Positions 10,545 through 23,513 are shown, counted from the stretch's first letter. The stretch: DNA of 41,707 nucleotides from Octopus bimaculoides (GCF_001194135.2 NC_068991.1:50775287-50816993), one strand, 5' to 3'. Numbers and translations: made by a program. Notes: generated from the sequence alone by a model not told the origin.

Positions 10545-10745
10545 TATGTTTGTGTTTAAATGTATGGCTTTGTGTTTGTGTGTGAATGTATGGTTTTGTG
10601 GTTGTGTATAAATGTATGGTTTTGCACTTGTGTGTAAATGTTTGGCTTTGTGTTTGTGTGTGAATGTATGGTTTTGCATTTGTGTGTAAATGTATGGCTT
10701 TGTGTTTGTGTGTGAATGTATGGCTTTGTGTTTTTGTGTGTATGC
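10545..10745. repeat. Minisatellite, unit of about 26 bp (ATGTATGGCTTTGTGTTTGTGTGTGA)
   Basis: About seven degenerate tandem units visible. Confidence 0.85.
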
Positions 10746-11416
10746 TGATTTAATATTTACCAACAACCCTTTTTAATACTAATTCAAAAACTAGTCATAA
10801 GCAGTAACATTAATGAAGATTTTTTTTAATCCTCTAAAATAAAAATAAATACAAAAGAAAATTATTCATTTATGAGAGATGAGTATCATAACTAACAAAA
10901 TGCAGAAATAACTATAAAGAGGGCAATCCCTTCTGTAGTCTAATAAAATTAGTCAAAAAAGTGTAAGTCCCATGATACACAGCAAATAAGAATCTCTTCA
11001 AGAAATTAATATTGTAATTTAAGGTAAGACTGCCAAGACTCCAAGGAAAATATTCCTCTCTCTAAAATCAAAATAACTAAAAATATCAGGCATAAAAGCA
11101 TCATGAAAAATAAACCAAGGTAAACTTGTGTAACAACACCAGAAAACAGCAGCAGTATATATATTTTAGGTGTGACCATGTGAAAACTTTCTATATTATT
11201 TCATATTTTCTGGACTCATGATATAAATGTAATAACACCACCAAAAATAGCATCTTCTTATACAGTTTTCAATGTAAATTAGTCTGGAAGAGCCTCTTCT
11301 TGGCAATTAAATTAGACCAGGAAATGAAGTGAACTGGTTCAACAGGGAAGAATCAAACTTGGGTGGCAAAGTGGCAAACTTAGATTGTTAAGATTTTTTA
11401 TCATTTGCACAATGCT

Positions 11417-11459
<43 letters not shown>

Positions 11460-11960
11460 GTACTGAAATGAGTAGCTTGTTAGTTTACTGTTCAGGGATC
11501 AAATTATAGCAGAGATGTCGTAACATTCTGTTTCAAGGCTGTACTAAATATATATATATGTGTAAAATGAGGTGTAAGTAGTTTATTAAGTGAATTGAGT
11601 TTGTGAGTCAGTTTGAAGTGTTTTGTAGTTATATCAGTAACACAGATCTGGTTCTCATGAATATATTGCAACTATCAGGCAACATGTCTCAGAATAAAAC
11701 CACTTGTAGAACCAATGACTTCTATGGTGAGAACCTTTATGTAGGTACTCAATCTACTAGAAACAATGGCCAAATGTTCCTCAAACCCCTATGTACCATC
11801 TTCAAAACAGAAGGCTACATTGAATAAGGTACCTCTCAGATTACACTACATCTAAAAATAAAAGATAGGATGGTCTTATTTAGTCAAGGTATAATTGATG
11901 AAGGCTGACCTAGTAATATAAAACAACAGCAATTCCAACAATCTGGAATGCATATATACA

Positions 11961-12120
11961 GATGCAGGCATGACTGTGTGGTAAGAAGTTTGCTTCCTAA
12001 CCACATGGTTCCAATTCAGTCCCACAATGTAGCATCTTGGGCAAGTGTTTTCTACTGTAGCCTTGGGTTGACCAAAGCCTTTGAGTGGATTTGGTAGATG
12101 GAAACTGAAAGAAGCCCATT
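11961..12120 (+). mobile_element. SINE family A 5' half
   Basis: GTGTGGTAAGAAGTTTGCTTCCTAACCACATGGTTCC...CATCTTGGGCAAGTGTTTTCTACTGTAGCC...GGAAACTGAAAGAAGCCC. Confidence 0.85.
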
Positions 12121-12121
12121 T

Positions 12122-12182
<61 letters not shown>

Positions 12183-12380
12183 NNNNNNNNNNNNNNNNNN
12201 NNNNNNNNNNNNNNNNNNNNNNNNNNNNNNNNNNNNNNNNNNNNNNNNNNNNNNNNNNNNNNNNNNNNNNNNNNNNNNNNNNNNNNNNNNNNNNNNNNNN
12301 NNNNNNNNNNNNNNNNNNNNNNNNNACATATACGTACACACACACACACAAACAGACACACACACACACACACACACACA

Positions 12381-12545
12381 CGAGATGATGCTGAAATGTT
12401 CCTGGCTTTAAGGGTATTGTGAAAGGCCTGACTGGAGGCCCAACTTGCCAAGTTCTTTTACAGAACTTAGAAAAACTGCAGGACCACTGCAATAAGTGTG
12501 TGAATCTGATGGTGGAATGTGTTGGATAAAGTTAATTGTTGTCAG
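12381..12545 (+). mobile_element. Mariner-derived MITE fragment
   Basis: Same terminus as 4729-4815, followed by a LEKLQDHCNKCVNL-coding remnant resembling a transposase C-terminus. Confidence 0.6.
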
Positions 12546-12741
12546 AATTAGAGAAATGGCTTCCTTTGTTGTTGATCTTGCAGAGGCAAAATTATAGAGG
12601 GTGGGCCAAAATATAAGTTCAATAAGCTCCAGGATTGTCAGACATTCTTTCAATTTTTCTGAAATTGAATAAAATAGATAAAATAATGATGAATAGGCAT
12701 GTATTTGTACATGATAAACAAAATGAATAATAATAATAATC

Positions 12742-12935
12742 CTTTCTACTGTAAGCACAAGGCCCAAAATTTTAGTGGAGGGGACCAATTGATTAGATGA
12801 CCCCAGTGTTACACTGGTACTTAATTTATCAACCCTGAAAGGTAAAGTCAACCTCAGTGGAATCTGAACTCAACACATAATGGTCTGAATGCTAGGCATT
12901 TTGCCTGACATGCTAATGACTCGGCCAGCTTGCCA
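12742..12935 (-). mobile_element. SINE family B
   Basis: AGCACAAGGCCC...ACTGGTACTTAATTTATCAACCCTGAAAGG...GCCAGCTTGCCACC. Confidence 0.8.
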
Positions 12936-13473
12936 CCATAACTAATGATAGTGATAAAAATAACAATATAAATAAAATGTCAATTGTTTTGTTGTCTGAC
13001 TTTTGACCAAGCCAGTATATAAATATGAAACAATATCTAATCAATATATAATTATCAAACTGAATTAATCACATTTATCATTGGCAATTGTTCTATTAGT
13101 TCTGTACTGTAGAGTTGATATAAACTCAGTATAAAATAACATAAGATCAAGGAACAGTGTGGTACATTGGTGTGTAATTTTATTAAGTCAGAAGATGTCC
13201 CACTGAGGTAAATTTGCCCCCAAGGGACTAAATTTCACTGACCCAGGAGGTAAATTTACTGATTCAATGTTTGTACTTTTAGTTTTTAATAATAGTTTTT
13301 AATAATCTTAAATCAAGAAGAAAATATGAAGTAGGCCTATTTTGTGAAAAAAACACTATTGTTTTCTTTCTTCCCCTCTGGATTTAACAGTATATGTATA
13401 TCATATTCTTTAATTACTGTGTTGTTAATGAAAGTGTCTAATTGAGGAGACTGCAACTCGTTCTGGTCCTATT

Positions 13474-13717
13474 TCTTTTACTCTTTAACTCTTTTACTTG
13501 TTTCAGTCATTGCTGTAACCATGCTGGGGCACTGCTTTGAGGGATATTAGCTGAACTACTCAACCCCAGAACTTATTTCTTTTTCAAGCCTGGTGCTTAT
13601 TCTATTGATCTCTTTTTGCTAAACCACAAAGTCATGGGGATGTAAACACACCAACACCAGTTGTCAAGTGGTGGCGGGGGACAAACANNNNNNNNNNAAA
13701 CACGCACATACACACAA

Positions 13718-13758
<41 letters not shown>

Positions 13759-13918
13759 CATGACAGGCTTCTTTCAGTTTCTGTCTACCAAATCGCCTCA
13801 CAAGGCTTTGGTTAGCCTGAGGCTATAGTAGAAGATACTTGCCTAAGGTATCATGCAGTGGGCCTGAACCTGAAATCATGTGGTTGGGAAGTAAACTTCT
13901 TACTACACAGTTACTGCC
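13474..13918 (-). mobile_element. SINE family A, full length
   Basis: Reverse complement of the 7174-7590 architecture, with internal (CA)n. Confidence 0.85.
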
Positions 13919-14764
13919 ATTAATTCATAAATAAGTGAAGTAACATTGTTATGTGTTATTTTTATTACTATTTGTATTTAGAATAATATTTAACAACAAA
14001 AATTTTAAATGACCTCTTTATCAGCTGTTTTATTACGATAGACGTTTAAACTAAAATTACAGAGCAAACCAGAGGGTGGTTGTGGGATGATGGAGGTGCG
14101 GGATTATGGGGATAGTGGGACGATAGGTGTGGTGAGAAGAAGGGCATGGCAAGGTGATAGTTGGTGGCTGTGGAATGAATTTTTCTCTCAAAAAAATTGC
14201 CACAGGTCAAACAGAATGGAAGAAATTGCAAAACCTTGCATTAAACGGACATTATTTTCTTCCTCTGATACCAATTGGTAGGCAAAAGGAATAGTGTTGT
14301 ACTCCTATTTTTCTCAAGACCAGTGACAACATCAATGAACTCACCTAGGAATTGAAACTGGTTCCACCACTGCCGCTGAATGTCAGCGTGATTTCTGGTT
14401 CTACAGCATCTCTGTGTTGTTCTGCAGTCATATCAGCAACAACTTATTAGCTTCCTCAGCAATTTTCACAGATATACAAGCCACACTGTAGCAACAGCAG
14501 CAAATCTAAATTTGGCTCAATTTCCTCACTATTCATCATAATAGGTTTGTCTTGTGAGCCGTTTCTATCCTAAGTGGATTATCTTACTAAAAACAGTAGG
14601 AAAGGAATAAAAGATGAAAAGCAACTTAATTCTCATGTAAGCTACATGTAGACATCTTTCCTGTTGGATAAGACTATTGAATAAGACTCATCTGTTCATG
14701 TAGGAGTATGTATATATACACTCATATATCAAATACATATATATATGTGTGTGTGTGTGTGTGT

Positions 14765-15085
14765 ATACAACAGGCTTCTTTCAGTTTCAGTCTACCAAAT
14801 CCACATACAAAGCTTTGGTTGGGCAGGGTCTATAGTAGAAGACACTTGCTCAGGGTGCCATGCATTGGGATTGAACCCAGAACCAAAGAGTTGGAAAGCA
14901 AACTTCTTAACACACAAGGTACCACACAGTGGGTTTAAACCCAGAACCACATGGTTGCAAAGCAAGCTTCGTGGCTGTGTGGTAAGAAGCTTGCTTAAGG
15001 GGTTTTTGTCTGACTAAAACCCCTTAAGGTGGTGCTCCAGCACGGCTGCAGTCAAATTACTGAAACAAGTAAAAGAAAAAGTCAA
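14765..15085. mobile_element. Rearranged SINE family A pieces (minus-strand head, partial duplicate, plus-strand head fused to tail)
   Basis: 14765-14910 minus head; 14920-14970 partial repeat; 14970-15085 GTGGCTGTGTGGTAAGAAGCTTGC joined directly to GACTAAAACCCCTTAAGGTGGTGCTCCAGC...AAGTAAAAG. Confidence 0.7.
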
Positions 15086-15402
15086 AGAATATATATATAT
15101 ATATAAATAAAAAGATAGATATATATTTAAATTTCTATATATTTAAAAATATGCATGCTGGGATTTATATATGAACACAAACACACACATGTATGTATGT
15201 ATGAAGATAGAAATCATATATTATTGTATGTGTTTGCATGTGGCTACATAAACATGTTGCACATACTTATATACATATGCACACATGCACACACATGTAT
15301 GCAAATGTGATTGTAAATATATAGATATGTAACTATGAATGTATCTGTTTGAATGCGGCAGGGAAACCGACAGCTGGTGAGGTTATGACAGCCAAGGCTT
15401 AC

Positions 15403-15566
15403 TTGAAGCAAAAAAATGTGATTGAGCTGAGGTGATTCTAAGCCATATTGTGTTGTGGCAACAAGTAATGGCAGTATTTCTTGAACTCCTCCAGAAATAG
15501 AAGATAATACCATTACCAAAATATTCTCTGACCAAGATAAGGAAACTGTTTTATCATTTTCTTCTG
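15403..15566 (-). other. Candidate internal exon (164 nt), product unknown
   Basis: Acceptor tttatttgctag, donor AA|GTAAGC, open frame EENDKTVSLSWSENILVMVLSSISGGVQEILPLLVATTQYGLESPQLNHIFLLQ; no homology recognised. Confidence 0.25.
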
Positions 15567-16404
15567 CTAGCAAATAAATGTATGTTATTTAAGGATGTTA
15601 GTAACGCTACCTGAATATGTACTGGAAGGAATTTGAACAAATCCCTCACTTCGCAAACATAGAAGCTATTTGATTCAAAATCTGCAATCATTGTAGGGAA
15701 GATCTTAAAACAACATTTCCATTAAACTTTTTTCTTTCACGGTCATTTCACAGACTTATTTTTATTAGGGATTAACTATTTATGGATATTTAGATAAGTA
15801 TGGATAAATGTNNNNNNNNNNNNNNNNNNNNNNNNNNNNNNNNNNNNNNNNNNNNNNNNNNNNNNNNNNNNNNNNNNNNNNNNNNNNNNNNNNNNNNNNN
15901 NNNNNNNNNNNNNNNNNNNNNNNNNNNNNNNNNNNNNNNNNNNNNNNNNNNNNNNNNNNNNNNNNNNNNNNNNNNNNNNNNNNNNNNNNNNNNNNNNNNN
16001 NNNNNNNNNNNNNNNNNNNNNNNNNNNNNNNNNNNNNNNNNNNNNNNNNNNNNNNNNNNNNNNNNNNNNNNNNNNNNNNNNNNNNNNNNNNNNNNNNNNN
16101 NNNNNNNNNNNNNNNNNNNNNNNNNNNNNNNNNNNNNNNNNNNNNNNNNNNNNNNNNNNNNNNNNNNNNNNNNNNNNNNNNNNNNNNNNNNNNNNNNNNN
16201 NNNNNNNNNNNNNNNNNNNNNNNNNNNNNNNNNNNNNNNNNNNNNNNNNNNNNNNNNNNNNNNNNNNNNNNNNNNNNNNNNNNNNNNNNNNNNNNNNNNN
16301 NNNNNNNNNNNNNNNNNNNNNNNNNNNNNNNNNNNNNNNNNNNNNNNNNNNNNNNNNNNNNNNNNNNNNNNNNNNNNNNNNNNNNNNNNNNNNNNNNNNN
16401 NNNN

Positions 16405-16600
16405 GGTCATCCCATAAATGTGTTTTTTTTTATATTTCTTTTATTTTTCAAAATTAAGATAAACAAAGTTCTTTTTTAGTCTAAAATATATTCTCCTTCA
16501 TTTTCTACAATGCTTTTCCATCTATCTGGTAGACTTGCAAAGCCCCCCTCTTCCAAAATCCACTTGTCTGTGATGCAAAATACAGCACTGTGTAAGAAAT
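16405..16600 (-). mobile_element. Mariner 3' end fragment
   Basis: FASQTSGFWKRG/LASLPDRWKSIVENEGEYILD* with one frameshift; terminus cut by an N gap. Confidence 0.75.
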
Positions 16601-16737
16601 ACCTCATTGTGTTATAAGTATGGTACTCCTATGATTTGAACATGGATCCACAAATTGGTATATTGCTTTTGTCTAATATGAGACATCATCACCTTTTGGA
16701 CCAAATGACTAATACAAAATGTTTATCCTCTACTGTC

Positions 16738-16936
16738 TGTGCTGGTGTCACATAAAAAGCACCCAGAACATACAGTACACAGTGTAAATTGCTTGGTGTT
16801 TGGAAGGGTTTCCAGCCATAAGAAACCATGCCAAAACAGACAATGGAACCTGGTATGGCTCTTGGCCTTGCCAGCTTCTATCAAACCATCCAACCCATAC
16901 CATCATGGAAAGCAGACATTAAATAATGATGATGAT
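16738..16936 (+). mobile_element. SINE-like family C, 3' part
   Basis: GTGCTGGTGTCACATAAAAAGCACCC...CCAACCCATACCATCATGGAAAGCAGACATTAAATAATGATGATGAT. Confidence 0.8.
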
Positions 16937-17989
16937 CTTCTGTATGTACAAACGTGCCTGCATCATCACCTTTTGGACCACTCAGAAATGTACACCAATG
17001 CTATATTCTTGAGTGTTCTTGTCAAAAAGTGATGAGATAGAGGAGCTGATCAACTAGTTGGCAATGGTTGGCATGTAGGCCAGCTGAGTCCTTGTGATGC
17101 CTGAAATGATAAAATTTTTCACGTAATAGTTCTGAGGTTGGCTGTTTGACTAATGTTTTGTGGAATTAGATTCAAGCTGTGAATTTAATCAAGAATTGTA
17201 TTGGCTGTGAATAGAAATACTTCAGAAGAAGATATTCTCAATCATTGTAGAATCTAATCCATGTGACTTTAATCAAACTCTGTCAAGAGATATTTGACAT
17301 CTAAGAAGCAGTCCTTCTTGTGGGGAAATCAAGTTAAAAGTATAGTGATTTGGATATTCTGATAACTGTAAAAGCTAGAATTTGAATGTTGTTGCTTTAT
17401 AGAAGATCTTTATTGTTAACAGGATGCAGTCTTAATAAATATGAATTGACATCCTCCGAAAAAAAAAAAAAAAAAAAAAAAAAAACCTATTATTCGTGGA
17501 ATCATTCCAATTTACAGAAACATAATTTCAAGTTGTGTTAAACTGAATTTATCAGTCCAATCTTGATGAAATAAAATGAATCAGACATTCGGTATTCCAG
17601 AATCCAGTGTTTGCTGGTGCAGATGCCTGAACATGTGAACATGCTCTTAAAAATTGCAAATTACTATGGAGACTGAAACAGTGTGTGAGGAATTTAAAGA
17701 AGGAAACTTTATACAATTTAAATATATATATAATTCTTGTATTTAAATGAAAACACACCAGATTTTAGATAATATGAAATATATATTTTAGAACAAAGAT
17801 AACCAGGTCAGAATGTAACCAAACTTCTAACATAGGAACCAAGCACTATATTCCAAGGTGATTGTGTGTTAGTGTTTGATCCCTCAACTCTGTTTGAAAC
17901 TGATGTAAGCTTTTAATAAAATTACTGAGAGGGAGCTGTGAGAGATTAACCTCATTTTTATCATGTTTATAATATTTATGATAAATTAG

Positions 17990-18212
17990 GGCAGTGAGCT
18001 GGCAGAATTGTTACCACACCAGGCGAAATGCTCAGCAATATTTTGTTCATCTTTATGTCCTGAGTTCAAATTCTGCCAAGGCCAACTTTGCCTTTCATCC
18101 TTTCAGGGTTGATAAAATAAGTACTGGCTGAACAGCGGGGTCGAAGTAATTGACTTAACCCAACTCCACCCTAAATTTCTGGCCTTGTACAAAAATTTGA
18201 AACCAATATTTG
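17990..18212 (+). mobile_element. SINE family B
   Basis: GGCAGTGAGCTGGCAGAA...TTTGCCTTTCATCCTTTCAGGGTTGATAAAATAAGTAC...GGCCTTGTACAAAAATTTGAAACC. Confidence 0.85.
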
Positions 18213-18413
18213 CGATAAATTGGTTTTACAAATCAATAACTTTCCTAGAATAAATAATTTTATCAAATCATTGGTTGGTAAGCAAGCTACTTACCACACA
18301 GCCACTCCTGTGCCTATCTGCTAGTAATATTAACTAAGTATCTCTTAAGTCACACTTAACCATCTTATAAAAGAGGAAGGACATAATGAAAAAATGCAAT
18401 CTTAGACAAAAAG

Positions 18414-18458
18414 ACTCGACGGTCCACTGCCCTAACCACTGGGCCATTGCGCCTCCAC
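18414..18458 (-). mobile_element. Short tRNA-like SINE head fragment (same head as 33901)
   Basis: Reverse complement GTGGAGGCGCAATGGCCCAGTGGTTAGGGCAGTGGAC. Confidence 0.65.
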
Positions 18459-18885
18459 AGCGAACACATTAGATAATGTGGTACAAGATAGAAATAGAAT
18501 TGGATGGTCACAACTGGGTAGACTTGTAGCTAGACAACACAGAACTTCATGAAGTCAAGGTTTAAGATTTAAGCATTTCATCTATGAGTTCAAACCTAGC
18601 ACTAGGGATGGGAAATTCATTGGTGTTTAGCTCCCTGCATCAGTCCCGATCAGTTAAATCTTTAATCAAAGCCATCCCAGCCATGACAGTCCAATCTTCT
18701 TCTATATCTAGAACAATATTGTCCATTGCGATCTTCTTTCTTTAAGACATCAGAGTGATTTGGCTGCTACTTCTAGCAAGTCAAGCTAGCCTGTAGAACA
18801 GCAGTTCCAAACAATTTCCAATCATGATTCCTCTTAACAACTCAATGATCTTTATTGATACTTTTTCCAATATTTAAATGAAAAA

Positions 18886-19100
18886 TGGTGGCGAGCTGGC
18901 AGAATCGTTACTGAGCTGGGCAAAATGCTTGGCATTTCGTTTGTCTTTGCGTTCTGGGTTCAAATTCTGCTGAGGCTGACTTTACCTTCCATCCTTTCAG
19001 AGTTGATAAAATAAGTACCAGTTGAACACTGGGTTCAATGTAATTGACTTATCTCCTCCTCTGAAATTGCTGGCCTTGTGCCAAAATCTGAAAATCAATA
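18886..19100 (+). mobile_element. SINE family B
   Basis: GGTGGCGAGCTGGCAGAATCGTTA...TTACCTTCCATCCTTTCAGAGTTGATAAAATAAGTACCAG. Confidence 0.85.
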
Positions 19101-19249
19101 TTTAAATGAAAAAAAAGTTTGATAGAAATTTTCCCCAAAATTTATTTTCAGTAAATATTTATGTATTTTTTATGCCTTTTGATTAAGCATTTTCATTTTA
19201 TTTCAAAAGTGAAAGATTTAGTCTTCACATTCCTTTCAAAATCATACTG

Positions 19250-19408
19250 TGAGTCAATGCGAGTCATTTTGAACCAATATGAGTTAATGTGAGTCATATG
19301 TGAAGATGTGCTGATGTACAAGTTTGCTCTTTGATTGTCCAGTTCTCGGTGTATCAGAGTCATTCAGAGTCATTCAGAGTCATTCAGAGTAATTTAGAGT
19401 CATTCAGA
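19250..19408. repeat. Two degenerate 10-bp-period arrays with a GAGTCA core
   Basis: GAGTCA-like cores start at 19251, 19261, 19271, 19281, 19291 and at 19357, 19367, 19377, 19387, 19397. Confidence 0.75.
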
Positions 19409-20041
19409 CAGTTTACACTATCAGTTTCATCATGAAGTCCCTTGTAGTTTTTAGACAAACGAGATTTACTCATGATGGCAGATACTCTGTGTTTGAAGAT
19501 TATAACATGGAATGGCCTGTCATGTGCAAGACACTCCACTTAGCCTGAATACAATGTCAAAGCTGACTAACTGATGATCCTTCACTTAAAACTGACTACC
19601 AGAACAGATTCCTGGTGTTTTCCATGGAGAATTACCTTGGAGTAGTGATCTTCAAACAAGCAAGTACTGGCCTTTACACCACCACCGCCACCGCCGCCGC
19701 CACCGCCGCCGCCNNNNNNNNNNNNNNNNNNNNNNNNNNNNNNNNNNNNNNNNNNNNNNNNNNNNNNNNNNNNNNNNNNNNNNNNNNNNNNNNNNNNNNN
19801 NNNNNNNNNNNNNNNNNNNNNNNNNNNNNNNNNNNNNNNNNNNNNAAATGTCTGAAACCATCTTAATTTAGTAAAACATGGCACTTTGTCCAACACTCCT
19901 TCATTCTTCACCATCTCGACCAACCTCACCCTTCATGAGAAAACATATCCAGAAGAACTCAAAACAGTACTAAGAGCAAACAAAATACTTTTAAAAGAAT
20001 GCCAACAGCTGTAGCCATATATAGATTCTTACCTCATTTAC

Positions 20042-20215
20042 ATAACTTGGGCCTTTGTCTTGGATATAATTCTTTGCTCAACTTTGTGATCTGAAATTCC
20101 ATCAGACCAAAGAGAAGCAATTTTCTTTGCAAGAACTTCGGTTCAAGTTGAATATCTATCCCTTTAAATCCTAACCCTGATGATATCCTACCAATAGCAA
20201 AGAGGTTGTAAATAG
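20042..20215 (-). other. Candidate phase-1 symmetric exon (174 nt; alternative donor at 20033 gives 183 nt)
   Basis: Acceptor tttgtgattttag; open frame IYNLFAIGRISSGLGFKGIDIQLEPKFLQRKLLLFGLMEFQITKLSKELYPRQRPKL; donors T|GTAAAT or AG|GTAAGA; no homology recognised. Confidence 0.25.
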
Positions 20216-20449
20216 CTAAAATCACAAAGTAGATGATGTATATAAAAGTCTGTTACTGTCTATGGGATTCTTTGTTACAACAACAGCAGAAGTATGCAAA
20301 CATTGTGTGGATGTGTATGTGAATGTCCCTTTAAACAATCAACAAAGTAAGACGCCTGTCAAACATTTAGATTTTCTTGTCTGCTTAGCTTATTGTTTGT
20401 TTGAGGATTAGGACACTTGTATTGTTCTTGTCCTCCTCATGCTCAGAAC

Positions 20450-20486
<37 letters not shown>

Positions 20487-20726
20487 TCACACACACACAC
20501 ACGCACACGCTCACACACACACACACACACNNNNNNNNNNNNNNNNNNNNNNNNNNNNNNNNNNNNNNNNNNNNNNNNNNNNNNNNNNNNNNNNNNNNNN
20601 NNNNNNNNNNNNNNNNNNNNNNNNNNNNNNNNNNNNNNNNNNNNNNNNNNNNNNNNNNNNNNNNNNNNNNNNNNNNNNNNNNNNNNNNNNNNNNNNNNNN
20701 NNNNNNNNNCTCCTCATGCTCAGAAC

Positions 20727-20763
<37 letters not shown>

Positions 20764-21860
20764 TCACACACACACACACGCACACGCTCACACACACACA
20801 CACACACGTACACACACTCTACATATGCGCGCGCACACACACACACATATACATGCATTCACTTACACGTGAATACGCATAAACTCTTTGTAGACATACA
20901 GACATTCTTTAGGAAATGCAAACTTTAAAAAAAACAACAATATTAGTTTTTGTGTAAACGATCCGCAAATATTTACTCTTGCTTGATTGGTGAGTTGTTA
21001 TTGAATGAGTTGAGAGCAGAGAAGTTGTCTAATTCTGTCTCATGAGTCACAAATACAATCTTTTGTCAACATCATTTGTACAAAATAAAAAATCCAACTG
21101 AATAAAAATGGAGGAAGACTTTGTCTAAGTGACTATTTAAAGGATAAAGATAATATCTTGCTTTTAGAAAAAAGGTAAGGACTTCCTCAACATGGCAATT
21201 AAGCATATTAATGTCAGATCTCATGCAAAGGAAACTATCAACTTAGTTTTATAATTAAATTTGTTCCATAGTATTTTTAATCTGATCAAGTTAGTTTATT
21301 TTTAATTATTTAGTTATTTGATTATCAACTGTTTTGTCATTGTGTTTAATATCAACAATTTTACTTTTTATTTCCCATGTGACTTTTTCGTCCCACTGGA
21401 TCCAAATGGTATGTTGGTCAACTTAGAAATATAAAACAAGCCATTTAATCAATTTATACCATTATCTTCATTTCTCATTTTCATTCCATTAAGCAATAAC
21501 TTTCCTCTGATAGTATGTTCTATAAAAAGTGAATTTTCCTACTGGAGTAATCTAACTCAACAGAACAAACCAATAAACCATTGCTAAATTATCCCACTTT
21601 TAAAATCAACTTAGAATTACGTTGATTCTGTCATAGTAAAAGTGAAACATTCAGGCCAGCCAAGGCTTCGACACTATTAATGAGGGAACATGAAAGGCTG
21701 ACCTTTCACCTGATTCTCTGTTCAGGCATCTACAGTCTTAGATGGAGGTTAAAAATGTACAGCAATTTAACTTTTCCAAATCCCAAATAAGCATGGACCA
21801 ACATAAAGCTATTTGTAAGTATTGTTGGTCAATAAAAAAATTGGTATTACTGATACTCAC

Positions 21861-21884
21861 AGAGAATGGCAGTATTTCTCTTAG
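21861..21884 (-). other. Candidate 24-nt micro-exon
   Basis: tgtttttaactgtcccccag|CTAAGAGAAATACTGCCATTCTCT|GTGAGT; length is a multiple of 3. Confidence 0.45.
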
Positions 21885-21942
21885 CTGGGGGACAGTTAAA
21901 AACAGATGGAATTAATGCAATTGATATTCATTATGAATTCTA

Positions 21943-22390
21943 AGGTGGCAAGCTGGCAGAATCATTACCATGCTGGGCAAAATTCTTAGTGGTATTTCTT
22001 CAGTCTTCACACTCTGAGTTCAACTTCCACTGAGATCAACTTTGTCTTTCATTCTTTCGGAGTTGACAAAATAAGTACCAGTAAAATACTGATGTCGATG
22101 TAATTGACTTACCCCTCTCCAGAAATTGCTGGCCTTGAGCCAAAATTTGAAACCAATAGTCATGAATTCTAAGGTGGCGAGTTGGCAGAATCATTAGCAC
22201 ACTGAACAAAATGCTTCACGGCATTTTGTCTGTCTTTACATTCTGAGTTCAATTTCCACCAATGTTGACTTTACCTTTTATCCTTTAGGGGTCAATAAAA
22301 TAAGTACCAGTTGAGTACTGGGGGTCGACGTAATCAACTTACCCCACCCTCAAAGTTGCTGGCCTTGTGCCAAAATTTGAAACCATTATT
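21943..22390 (+). mobile_element. Head-to-tail dimer of SINE family B bracketed by a 12-bp direct repeat
   Basis: Copies at about 21943-22158 and 22173-22390; TATTCATTATGA at 21925-21936 and 22387-22398. Confidence 0.85.
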
Positions 22391-23310
22391 CATTATGACT
22401 TTTCACAGAATCGGTGAGTCATCAGTAAGGTCAATAAATGGTTAAATGTTAAAGTAGGTCTATTCTTCCTGTTCACAGTTAAAGAAACAGAATCTGTCAT
22501 GCTACTATAGTATCAAACTATTTTGATTAGGTAGAGTTGATGGAAATCCTAAAGTTTATATAACATCTATAAAGTAATATAATACAGGCAGATATCTACA
22601 GATATCTTGAAATAACTTTCCTTTTTCCTCTTCCTTTCTCTATTATCAGTGATATCTTCTTATCAATAAATATCATGGCCACCAAAGACATTCGTTTTAT
22701 CAAACATATTGCTATTATCAGGAAGATCAGCAGAAAAAGTAACTTCATTTGATAGTCAGAGAATGTCAAGGATACTGCTAATCTGTGGCTAAAATGCATG
22801 TTTCTTACCAAATATTCAAAAATATCGATAAAGAAAAAAGAAAACGAAAAAGAGTTCTCTTTAAGTGTACTTATAAACCAGATGCAAATATTCAAGGATT
22901 TGCTTCTTTTTGTGATTCTTGTTAAAACCAAACTTGGCATATGCAACAAATAGCAGTATCCCCGGAGCAAATATTTAGGTTTAGGTAAACTGAAACATTA
23001 AGATTTAAATGGAGGTTTTTGTGAGAAGTGTTGACAGCTTCAGAAGCAGGCTGATTTCCTAACAACTTGCCCAGCTGCAGCTCACACCCTATTGCTTATC
23101 TACCGTCATTTCTCATATCAAAATTAGTTCTTAACTGTCTAAGTTGTCACAGTTTTAGAGGTATGTTAATCTGTGTTCCTATCCGATAATGTAATTTCGG
23201 GTAGAGGGGATTTAATTATGCAATACGTATGTATGTATGTATGTATGTAATAAAATCTGATATTCATGTATTAATATCCCTTGAATAATATTTCATATGT
23301 ATACACATAG

Positions 23311-23345
<35 letters not shown>

Positions 23346-23450
23346 CATACATACATATATACATACATACATACATATATACATACATACATATATACAT
23401 ACATATATACATACATACATATATACATACATATATACATACATACATAT

Positions 23451-23513
<63 letters not shown>

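Noticed and set aside
14345-14586. 242-nt minus-strand exon with strong acceptor and GTGAGT donor
   Set aside because: Stops in all three frames; could be non-coding but there is no support.
19675-19713. CCG/CAC triplet run as a poly-Ala or poly-Gly coding exon
   Set aside because: Interrupted by an N gap, flanking frames are short, and there are no supporting splice signals.
20430-20810. Tandem duplication of CCTCATGCTCAGAACC(AC)n
   Set aside because: Identical flanks on either side of an N gap; typical scaffolding overlap artefact (same for 26375-26443).
22596-22970. 124-aa ORF with a signal-peptide-like MKLLFLLIFLIIAICL stretch
   Set aside because: F/L/I-rich composition is typical of random AT-rich DNA; no recognisable domain.
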